Below, piece after piece: positions 39,140 to 47,523 of a stretch of 59,994 bases of DNA (its first letter is position 1; every line of letters begins with the position of its first letter). A program made the position numbers and the translations under genes. Below the pieces are notes generated by a model, which saw only the letters and a program-made list of their open reading frames with translations, did no database searches and was not told where the DNA came from. Source of the stretch: an uncultured Clostridium sp. (lineage in GTDB: Bacteria > Bacillota > Clostridia > TANB77 > CAG-508); the NCBI GenBank assembly GCA_948435735.1, contig CAOJGX010000001.1, positions 1 to 59,994 of the forward strand, in the 5' to 3' direction.

Positions 39140-40960
39140 TTATTTTACTTTCTTATTATAGTACGTATTATAATACTTCTTATTGGCATCTGGAATCTTA
39201 TTAATAACAGTTCCAATAACTTCTCCACCAATTTCTTGAATATTCGTTTTGATTTTGTTTAATTCATTAATTTCTGTATTACCATGTTTTAAGACAATCA
39301 TATTCGTATCTACCATTCTAGAAATAATAAATCCATCTGCCACAACAGAAACAGGTGGCGTATCCACAACAATCATATCAAATTCTTCTTTTAATTCTTC
39401 TAGCGCATCCTCCAATTTATTCGTTGATAGCAACTCAGAAGACTCCAATCTCTCACTACCAGATGATATCACATATAAGTTCTCAATTCCAGTTTCACTA
39501 ATAAATTCAAATATATTTGGTTCATTCTCATTTTCTTCTCGTGAAATTTCTTCTTTTTTATCCACCATTTTATCTACTGTTTCGATAGCTTTTTCTGGCT
39601 CTTCTACTTTTTTTACTTTCTTTTTCGCAGTTGATTTTTTAGGCGTTTCTTCCACATTTTCTTCTACTTTCTTTCTTGCTTTAGTGGCCTTTTTCTTTGT
39701 CTTTTCCTCTTTTTCATCCGTCTTTTTAGCAACTCTTCTACCTTTTGTCTTTTTATCTGACTCAATCATAACTTCTACTTCTTCTGAATCTTCAGTTTCC
39801 ATCTTCAAAGATTTTGTTTTACCTTTACCATCTGTTTTAGAAGAAATATAATCATCTTTATAAATCACATCCGACATACCCGGTATTTTTTCTATTTTTA
39901 AAAATCGATTTAGCACACCTAAGCCTTTTTTCGCAACTCTTCTACCTTTCACTGCAATCATATCTGTACTTCCCAATGTTGACCTTAAAAACTCAGACAA
40001 GCCTGGCACTTTTCTTACCTTAAACAAACGATGTTGTCTACCTCTTCTCATATCTGCATCAATAATCAACGTCTTTTTTCCTGTATTCGCAAAAGCTACC
40101 GCAAGATTGGCTGTCAACCAGCTTTTTCCTTCTCCTGGCAAACTACTTGTTATCGCTACCGTTTGCAATTCACCTTTATCATACATATATTGCAAATTGG
40201 TTCTTAATATTTTTATACTTTCTGCATATGGTGATTTTGAATCCTTTAAAGTAATCAAATCCTCATTTCCACTATATCTTGGAATAGATGCTAATGTAGT
40301 AAGTTTCGTATAACGTTTAATTTGCTCTGAATTAGTAACTGTATTGTTAAAAATAAACATTATCATAACAGCAGTAGCAGCCACTACAAATCCAATCCCT
40401 GCAAAAATTTTAATATTTTTTGCCATATTAATATTAGTAGGTCCATCTGGCACTTCTGCATTATCTACTACATAAATATTGTCAATTTCATAAAATTTCT
40501 TAACTTCTTCTGAAAATACTTTAATAAATTCATTCGCAATCTGTGCTGCCCTTTCTCGATCTGTACTTGTAACACTTACTTGATAATATACTTTCGTAAG
40601 TGGTGTCAAAGCAACGGAACCGCTTAATTGTTTGGGGGTCATATTTAACCCTAAATTTTGGATAACTCGACCAACTACCAAATCACTTTTTATCAACTCA
40701 GCATAAGTTTCTGCCAAACTTGATGGCATAGATAATTCGGATGAACTAACTGTCGCACCTTCATTAATCGATTCTTCATTTCTCGCACAAATCATTTTAC
40801 CAGCTGCTTCATATACAGGTGTTGTAAAATATTTCGTTTTAGCACCACCCATAACTGCAAATATAATCATAACAATAATAATCAATAATTTTTTATCCCA
40901 AAATAACTTTAAAAATTGTTTTAATTCTAACTCTTTAATAACAATCAACTCCCTTTTCAT
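39140..40960 (-). CDS. fused chain-length determinant (Wzz) / BY-type tyrosine autokinase with a long Lys/Glu-rich insertion
   Basis: 606 aa. N-terminal Wzz with 2 TM segments. Walker A SSLPGEGKS, IIDADMRR, VVDTPP and a C-terminal Tyr cluster KKYYNTYYNK. About 150 aa of extra sequence lies between GLSEFL and NLYVISSG. Confidence 0.8.
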   Translation of the reverse strand: MKRELIVIKELELKQFLKLFWDKKLLIIIVMIIFAVMGGAKTKYFTTPVYEAAGKMICARNEESINEGATVSSSELSMPSSLAETYAELIKSDLVVGRVIQNLGLNMTPKQLSGSVALTPLTKVYYQVSVTSTDRERAAQIANEFIKVFSEEVKKFYEIDNIYVVDNAEVPDGPTNINMAKNIKIFAGIGFVVAATAVMIMFIFNNTVTNSEQIKRYTKLTTLASIPRYSGNEDLITLKDSKSPYAESIKILRTNLQYMYDKGELQTVAITSSLPGEGKSWLTANLAVAFANTGKKTLIIDADMRRGRQHRLFKVRKVPGLSEFLRSTLGSTDMIAVKGRRVAKKGLGVLNRFLKIEKIPGMSDVIYKDDYISSKTDGKGKTKSLKMETEDSEEVEVMIESDKKTKGRRVAKKTDEKEEKTKKKATKARKKVEENVEETPKKSTAKKKVKKVEEPEKAIETVDKMVDKKEEISREENENEPNIFEFISETGIENLYVISSGSERLESSELLSTNKLEDALEELKEEFDMIVVDTPPVSVVADGFIISRMVDTNMIVLKHGNTEINELNKIKTNIQEIGGEVIGTVINKIPDANKKYYNTYYNKKVK

Positions 40961-42027
40961 AAATTTCCAAATACTGCTGTGCTATCTGTTCCATATTATA
41001 ATTGGTCACAATGCTCTGTCTTGCCTTATCTTTGATTTTAATATAATCAACATCTTCGTTTCTGATTTTTTCAATAATCTGACAATAGTCTTCTTCTTTT
41101 TGGCAAACAAACCCATTTTGGCCATTTTCAATCACATCTCGATTCCCCATTACATTACTTACCACACAAATTTTTTTATAATACATCGCTTCTAATAATG
41201 TAATCGGCAATCCCTCCCACAGAGAAGGTAAAATAAAGATATCATTCTGATAAAGCTGTTTCATCGCTGTTTTTCGATTGCACCAACCTAATACATTTAT
41301 GTTGGGTGATTTTAGAATTTCTCTTAAATTACCATCACCAATCCAAGTAAACTGTATGTCTGGAAATCGCTCTGCTATTTTATTAAATAGCATTGGATTT
41401 TTTTGATAGCCAATTCGGCCTACTGTACATATTTTTAAATGCTTTGTATCTATCAGCCTTTCAGTTTCTCCTAAAATAGCCTGTTCCATGTCTTGTATAT
41501 CAACCCCATTATTAATATACATACGTTTTTTGGTAACTTTTCTTGCTTCTTCATACTCTCCTTTCGAACATGCAATTGTGGTACATTTTCGCAGGCCCAA
41601 AAGTTTTTCAATCATTTTGTAAATCTTGATTTTTATTTTCGATTCATCTTTTTTACAAAATGCGTAACTATGCGGTGTGTAAAACAACTTGGCTTGTTTT
41701 TGTGAAATCGCTAATCTGCCAATAGCTCCTGCTTTAGAGGAGTGCATATGTACAATATCTGGCTTTTCCTCTTGGATTAATTTTTTTACTTCAAACATTG
41801 CTTTGATATCTTTAATTGGATTTATATTTCTCGTAAAATTCTTTACTCTAACTAATTTGATATTTTCTTTAAAATATTTTTCAAAATCTTTTGGCGTTTG
41901 TTCTCTTGTTGAGTATGCTACAATTACATCTAAGTGCTCCGCCATTCGGTTCGCCATATCAACCATATAGGTAAATACACCACCACCGCATCGCTTCCAC
42001 GAGATATAAAATTTTCTTTTTCCTCAT
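40935..42027 (-). CDS. family 4 glycosyltransferase (first gene of the locus); frame broken at in-frame CGG 41986-41988 and continues in +1
   Basis: From ATG 42027 (SD aggagg): MRKKKILYLVEAM, then CGG. The +1 frame reads GGGVFTYMVDMANRMAEHLDV..., which is ORF 40935..41966. PSLWEGLPITLLEAMYYKKICVVSN. Confidence 0.85.
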
Positions 42028-42369
42028 TTAATCCTCCTGTGTTTTTATCAGCTTTTTTCTATTGTAATTTTTCTGAAAATTTACATAACTTTCAAGCTTA
42101 TAATCTTTTGTTATATTTATTTTACCACATTTTAGAAGACAAATCAATAGTTTTTTATGTTTTTATGTAAATTTTACATAAAAACTATGATTTATTCTTT
42201 ATTTTCCCTTTTTTAGACTAGAAAAAACAGTACCAATAAAGTAAGTATTTTACTGGTAACGCTTTATTTTTCTTTCTCTCTAATTTATTTATATCAAAAA
42301 ACTTTTTTTTATGCAAGACTTTTTTTCATTTGTAATAAAAATGTAATAAAGAGAAGACAAACCTTCTCT

Positions 42370-44430
42370 TTATTCTATGGATAAAATTCTCAAAGTATTC
42401 ATAATCGTAAGCAAAGTAACGCCAACATCTGCAAAAATCGCTTGCCACATATTCGAAATTCCAACTGTGCTAAGAATCAACACTAAAATTTTAATACCAA
42501 GGGCAAACACCAAATTTTGTTTGATAATAAGAGAGGTTCTTTTCGAAAGTTGGATACTATCCACAATTTTATTAAGATTATCTGTCATAATCACAACATC
42601 CGAAGCTTCTATCGCAGCTTGTGAACCAACACCGCCCATTGAAATTCCAATATCACTTCGTGCTAAAACTGGCGAATCATTTATCCCATCTCCTACAAAT
42701 GCAACTTTACTCGCATGTTTTCTTTCTTTTAAGATTTTCTCCATTTCATTATATTTATCTGTTGGTAACATTTCTGATTTGACTTCTTTTATTCCCAATT
42801 CTTTGGCAATTTCCTCAGCAACTTGCTTACTATCTCCTGTAAACATTTTCGTTTGGATACCAAGTGAATTTAATTTTTGAATTGCCTCTTTTGTGCCTTC
42901 TTTTATTTGGTCACTTAATACCAGACTTCCAACCAATTCTTCGTCTACCTTTATAAATATTGCAGTGCCATCTTCTTCCTTATCTGTTTGAATCAACTCT
43001 TTATTACCAATCCATACTTTTTTATTTTGTATCTTATAACACAAACCCTTACCAGCAATTTCCTCAAACTCTTTGACTTGTGCTATATCCACTTGAATTT
43101 CACTGCTCTTTATCACTGACTTTGCAATGGGATGATTCGAAAAGCTTTCTCCTAAAACAGCCAATTCCAAAATTTGTTTTTCTGTATACTGTTCACTATA
43201 TCGCTTTACTTTTTTAATAGCAAATTCACCTTTGGTAAGAGTCCCAGTTTTGTCAAATACGATTTGTTTCACATCTTTTAACGCATCTAAATAATCGCTC
43301 CCTTTAATTAAAATTCCCAATTTTGACGCCTTCCCAATTCCTGAAAAATAGCTCAATGGTACCGAAATGGCTATTGCACATGGGCAAGAAACCACCAAAA
43401 AGATTAAAGCTCGATAGATACTTTGTGAATACTCTATCTGGGTTATCCAAGGCAAAAATAGAGCAACACAAATCGCTAAACCGATTACAATTGGTGTATA
43501 AATTTTGGCAGCTTTGTTGACAAACGTTTCTGCTTTGGCTTTTTTGTCAGTGGCATTTTCCACTAATTCTAAAATTCTGCTAGCCGTGCTATTCTCATAT
43601 TTTTCCGTTACTTCTACTTCTAGCATTCCTTGTACATTAATACTTCCTGATAAAACTTTTTGTTCTGCCTTTACTTTTCTTAAAGCACTTTCTCCTGTTA
43701 AAGAAGACGTATCCAAATCTGCTTCTCCACTTACAACAATACCATCTAATGGAATTTTTTCGCCTTGTTTAATGATAATCGTATCTCCAATTTTGACATC
43801 TTCTGGAGCAATCTGACGCGTTTCCGAATCCGTTTTTAAATTCGCATATTCTGGTTGAATATTCATCAAATCTGAAATCGATTTTCTGGTTTTATGAACC
43901 GCTTTATCTTCTAAAATTTTTCCGATTTCATAAAGCAAAATAACCATCAGACCTTCTAACATTTCTCCAATCAAATACGCACCAAAACAAGAAATTGTAA
44001 CAAGAAAATTCTCATTAATACTTTTGCTCGTTTTCCATATTTTTATGGCATTTCCAATGGTTCGATATAATAAAATCAGGTAGCCTATCAAGATTAAACT
44101 GTTAGAAAAAGCACTTGGTAAACCTGCCAAAAATCCAATGGCAGCAATTCCACTCCCGCTCATTAATCGTAATATTTGAACTGCTGTTTTATTGTCTTTT
44201 TCTATCGATTTGGATTTCACATCCATTACTTCAACATCTGGCTCCTCTGACTTTACCAATTTTTCAATTAATGCTTTATTTTCTTTTTCTGCTTCGTAAC
44301 TTAATTTTAACGTATTAAAATTAACCACAACATTTTGAAAATTTTTATTTTCCGCAATTTTTTCCTCAATTTCTCGCGCACAATTGGCACAATCTAGATT
44401 TTTTAAAATAAACTCATACTTCTTCAACAT
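42370..44430 (-). CDS. heavy-metal (Cd/Zn/Co-type) translocating P-type ATPase
   Basis: HMA domain LDCANCAREIE, SCPCAIAISVP, DKTGTLT and VGDGINDSP. Start probably MLKKYEF (44430), overlapping the ArsR stop; the ORF track start is 44472. Confidence 0.9.
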   Translation of the reverse strand: MLKKYEFILKNLDCANCAREIEEKIAENKNFQNVVVNFNTLKLSYEAEKENKALIEKLVKSEEPDVEVMDVKSKSIEKDNKTAVQILRLMSGSGIAAIGFLAGLPSAFSNSLILIGYLILLYRTIGNAIKIWKTSKSINENFLVTISCFGAYLIGEMLEGLMVILLYEIGKILEDKAVHKTRKSISDLMNIQPEYANLKTDSETRQIAPEDVKIGDTIIIKQGEKIPLDGIVVSGEADLDTSSLTGESALRKVKAEQKVLSGSINVQGMLEVEVTEKYENSTASRILELVENATDKKAKAETFVNKAAKIYTPIVIGLAICVALFLPWITQIEYSQSIYRALIFLVVSCPCAIAISVPLSYFSGIGKASKLGILIKGSDYLDALKDVKQIVFDKTGTLTKGEFAIKKVKRYSEQYTEKQILELAVLGESFSNHPIAKSVIKSSEIQVDIAQVKEFEEIAGKGLCYKIQNKKVWIGNKELIQTDKEEDGTAIFIKVDEELVGSLVLSDQIKEGTKEAIQKLNSLGIQTKMFTGDSKQVAEEIAKELGIKEVKSEMLPTDKYNEMEKILKERKHASKVAFVGDGINDSPVLARSDIGISMGGVGSQAAIEASDVVIMTDNLNKIVDSIQLSKRTSLIIKQNLVFALGIKILVLILSTVGISNMWQAIFADVGVTLLTIMNTLRILSIE

Positions 44431-44767
44431 GCTCACGACCTTTCTCATAAATTTCTCTGACATGTTCGTCATCTAACGAATAATAGACGATTTTGCCTTC
44501 TTTTCGGTATTTCACAAGTTTCATTTGCTTTAGCACTCGCAATTGATGCGAAATAGCCGATGGTGTAGAATTGGTTAAAACCGCTATATCGCCTACACAT
44601 AATTCGTCTTCTAACAAGCTACTAATGATTTTCATTCGTGTCGAATCACCAAAAACTTTAAATAATTCTGCCATTTCAAAAATTAATTCATCTTGTGGCA
44701 AAACTTTTTTAATTTTTTCGATTTTTTGAAAATCGACTATATTTTGTTCTGCTATTTCAAAATCCAT
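44414..44767 (-). CDS. ArsR/SmtB-family metalloregulator (CadC-like)
   Basis: Start moved to MDFEIAEQ (44767), which has SD aaaggagg. FKVFGDSTRMKIISSLLEDELCVGDIA...SHQLRVLK. Confidence 0.9.
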   Translation of the reverse strand: MDFEIAEQNIVDFQKIEKIKKVLPQDELIFEMAELFKVFGDSTRMKIISSLLEDELCVGDIAVLTNSTPSAISHQLRVLKQMKLVKYRKEGKIVYYSLDDEHVREIYEKGREHVEEV

Positions 44768-44818
44768 ATTTCCTCCTTTATATGAATATATGTTCATATA
44801 TTTATATTATATGCTGAT

Positions 44819-45001
44819 TTATCCACAATGTCAATACTTTTTTTGTAACATTTTTATTACTATCTAAACCTTTTTGTAATACTTCTGTTATATTTTTGTC
44901 ATTTTGTAATCAATTTGTAAAACTACATAATATTTTTACCCACTTTTCCACAGAAATCACTTTTCAGATTGTGTGGACAATGTGGATAAGTCTGTGAACA
45001 A
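44819..45001. promoter_or_regulatory. cluster of DnaA-box-like 9-mers
   Basis: TTATCCACA at 44819-44827 and TGTGGATAA at 44981-44989 are perfect. TTTTCCACA at 44944-44952 and TGTGGACAA at 44972-44980 have 1 mismatch. TGTGAACAA at 44993-45001 has 2 mismatches. Confidence 0.5.
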
Positions 45002-45176
45002 CTCAAATTTATGGTTTGTGGGGTTGTATATTTTAACAGGCAAATCAATTTTAGAATTATTATTTGGTTAACAAAATATAAAAGAAATTTTATACAAAAA
45101 AATCCCTCCTTGCAGAGAGATTTTTTGAATAAAAAAACTGACAGCATAGCCTGCCATCAGCAAATTTATTTTACTA

Positions 45177-45440
45177 TTATTTTCTTGACTCTATAATTAA
45201 TTTGATACCAGTTCTGTCCTCTCCTTCCACTTGAACCTCAGCAAATGCTGGTATACAAACTAAATCAACACCAGCTGGTGCTACAAAACCTCGGGCGATT
45301 GCCACTGCTTTAATTGCTTGATTTAATGCTCCTGCTCCTATTGCTTGCATTTCTGCTCTTGTACTTTCTTTGACCAATCCAGCAATTGCCCCTGCAACTG
45401 AATTTGGATTTGATTTTGATGAAATCTTTAAAACTTCCAT
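45177..45440 (-). CDS. spoVS: stage V sporulation protein S
   Basis: 87 aa. MEVLKISSKSNPNSVAGAIAG...IGAGALNQAIKAVAIARGFVAPAGVDLVCIPAF is nearly identical in pattern to B. subtilis SpoVS. Confidence 0.95.
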   Translation of the reverse strand: MEVLKISSKSNPNSVAGAIAGLVKESTRAEMQAIGAGALNQAIKAVAIARGFVAPAGVDLVCIPAFAEVQVEGEDRTGIKLIIESRK

Positions 45441-45745
45441 TTTTTTCCTCCTATTATTTTAATTTTTCTTGTGTTTCTGCATGAAAATTTTATTCGTCAA
45501 TAAAATTTTATCTGCTTAAAAAGTACTATGATTTTTAATTTTTATTGTACTCTTTTTTTGAACAATCTAATCTTATATCAAATTTTTAATCGTGTCTATA
45601 GAAAACAAGCTTTTTTTTGGAGTTTCGAACGTCCGATTTCGACACTATTTTCAATGCTTGTATCGTTTTTTGACGAACCATGTCGAAGTTTGTCTTTTGA
45701 TGTTGAAAATATAACTAAAGAATTTATTTCCATTTAGATTTTTGC

Positions 45746-45774
45746 TTGACTTTTGCAAACAAAAGTTTTATAAT
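45746..45774 (+). promoter_or_regulatory. consensus sigma-A promoter upstream of the KilA-N gene
   Basis: TTGACT, 17-nt spacer, TATAAT. Confidence 0.6.
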
Positions 45775-45791
45775 ATAAAAAATTATATCGA

Positions 45792-46670
45792 TTGGAAGTG
45801 ATATTTATAAAAAAAGAAGTTATAAAAATACAAATGAAAGTAAAAGATAATTTAGTAAATATTATGAAAGTTGAAAATACAGACTATATCTCATTAACTG
45901 ATTTAGCACGATATAAAAATCCCTTAACTCCTGGAGATGTTATCATAAAATGGATGAGCAATAAAAGTTCTTTTGATTTTTATTGTTTATGGGAAGAACT
46001 TTCAAATCCTAATTTTAAACTAGCGGAATCCCGCGAGTTTAAAACTGATTCTGCAACTCAATCATTCACAATGAGTCCATCTAGATGGATTAAAGAAACA
46101 AATGCTATTGGGTTTATTTCCAAAAGAGGAAAATATAATGGTGGAACTTTTGCACATCCAGATATTGCACTAGAATTTGCTTCTTGGATAGATACAGCTT
46201 TTAAATTACATCTCATAAAAGAATTTGAGCGACTAAAACAAAATGAGAGTTATCAAAATAAAATTAATTGGTCAATTAGACGAGAACTTGCAAAAACCAA
46301 TTACAAAATACATACGGCCAGCATAAAAGAGAATATCATCCCTGCACTTACAGAAAAACAAAAATTATATGCTTATGCAAATGAAGCAGATTTATTAAAT
46401 GTTGCATTGTTTGGAATGACAGCAAAAGAATGGAAAGCTAAAAATACTCATTTAGAAGGCAATATGAGAGATTATGCTAATATCCTTCAGTTAATCATTT
46501 TAAGTAATTTAGAAAATCTAAATGCTGAAATGATAGAACAAGGAATCGAACAAAAAGTTAGGCTTGATCAATTAAATGCAATCGCTAAAAAACAATATAC
46601 AATTTTACAAGATAACACCAATATTAAACAAATAGCAACCCTAGATGAAGAAAAAAATTTGAAAAAATAA
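45792..46670 (+). CDS. KilA-N domain-containing DNA-binding protein
   Basis: DYISLTDLARYKN...VIIKWMSNKSSFDFYCLWEELSNPNFK...GGTFAHPDIALEFASWIDTAFKLHLIKEFERLK. The true start is likely the ATG at 45834 or 45864. No SD is visible. Confidence 0.75.
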   Translation: MEVIFIKKEVIKIQMKVKDNLVNIMKVENTDYISLTDLARYKNPLTPGDVIIKWMSNKSSFDFYCLWEELSNPNFKLAESREFKTDSATQSFTMSPSRWIKETNAIGFISKRGKYNGGTFAHPDIALEFASWIDTAFKLHLIKEFERLKQNESYQNKINWSIRRELAKTNYKIHTASIKENIIPALTEKQKLYAYANEADLLNVALFGMTAKEWKAKNTHLEGNMRDYANILQLIILSNLENLNAEMIEQGIEQKVRLDQLNAIAKKQYTILQDNTNIKQIATLDEEKNLKK

Positions 46671-46742
46671 AATTTCTTATCTTTAAATAAAACTCCCCAC
46701 CTCATAAACGAACTGAAGTGGGGATAAAATCAAATTTTTACA

Positions 46743-47114
46743 CTAAAATAAAACTTCCAAACATGTTTTATTCTTCAAGGAACATTTTTTTAATTTTCGT
46801 AAGGAAGCAAGAAATTTTTTTACACTCTCAAATACTTCTTGGTCGAATGGTATTTGATTTATTGCTTCAATTTCTTTAATCGTTGGATAATCTTGACAAG
46901 GCCAAAGTACCAGAGAAAAAGTTGAATGGACATTTTCATATAAATCAAAACCTGTTAAAGAATAGTTGAGTTCTTCCATTTCAAATTCCTTTTCTAAAAC
47001 GGTAATAATTAAGTCAACTATTTCTTCCGCCTTTTCCTTTTTCTTCTGCTTTTCTTTTTTTACAAAATAGCCATCAAATCTCTTCCGAAGTCTTTGTTCT
47101 GCTCTCTTTTTCAT
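46743..47114 (-). CDS. hypothetical protein
   Basis: 123 aa with a basic N-terminus. No family recognised. In-frame CGG at codon 10 (47085-47087). Confidence 0.4.
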   Translation of the reverse strand: MKKRAEQRLRKRFDGYFVKKEKQKKKEKAEEIVDLIITVLEKEFEMEELNYSLTGFDLYENVHSTFSLVLWPCQDYPTIKEIEAINQIPFDQEVFESVKKFLASLRKLKKCSLKNKTCLEVLF

Positions 47115-47216
47115 GTAAGCACTCCTTCCTTTTATTTTAGTTACTTTTCCAAAAATTTATAGGCATTTATTATACCATATTTATGTAAATTTGTCAACAA
47201 GCTACAGCCGTTAATT

Positions 47217-47250
47217 TCAAAAGGAAGAACACACCGTTCTTCCTTTTTCC
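47217..47250 (-). terminator. rho-independent terminator after the DUF1540 gene
   Basis: Minus strand aaggaagaac-ggtgt-gttcttcctt followed by tttt. Confidence 0.6.
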
Positions 47251-47251
47251 T

Positions 47252-47425
47252 CTAATCACATTTACAACGATAACTTCCACACATCGATTCATCTTTTGCT
47301 CTACCGTTTGAACAATTCGTACAAGCTTCCACTTGAATTTGTTGTAACTCACATAAATTATGATCACAATTATGATATTGACAGCTTTCTACTGTACAAT
47401 TGATTGTTTGATTGTTTTCTTCCAT
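47252..47425 (-). CDS. DUF1540-like cysteine-rich small protein (sporulation-associated family)
   Basis: Not in the ORF track (57 aa). Own translation MEENNQTINCTVESCQYHNCDHNLCELQQIQVEACTNCSNGRAKDESMCGSYRCKCD. Confidence 0.6.
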   Translation of the reverse strand: MEENNQTINCTVESCQYHNCDHNLCELQQIQVEACTNCSNGRAKDESMCGSYRCKCD

Positions 47426-47523
47426 ACTATATATCCTCCCAATTTGAATTATTAACCTATTAGCAAATTTTTATTTGCCGTTAATGATAGTATGAACATT
47501 TTTCTTATTTTTAAACTCCCAAT

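Noticed and set aside
39249-39851. 200-aa plus-strand ORF (and similar antisense ORFs at 9891..10277, 13895..14251, 42377..42880, 49372..49833, 52840..53226, 56644..56982, 31802..32182)
   Set aside because: All lie antisense to genes with strong family motifs. They have low-complexity, Phe/Ser/Leu/Ile-rich translations and no SD. This is the typical shadow-ORF pattern of AT-rich DNA.
44819-45001. Chromosomal replication origin
   Set aside because: There is no dnaA/dnaN nearby and no switch of gene orientation. Genes on both sides remain on the minus strand, which puts the origin to the right of the window.
44923-45147. 74-aa minus-strand ORF in the spoVS / ArsR intergenic region
   Set aside because: It has no SD and a low-complexity hydrophobic translation. 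It overlaps the DnaA-box cluster and the spoVS terminator region.
45792-46670. Prophage or integrative element around the KilA-N gene
   Set aside because: There is no integrase, terminase, capsid or repeat-flanked boundary. The neighbours are spoVS and small hypothetical or sporulation genes.
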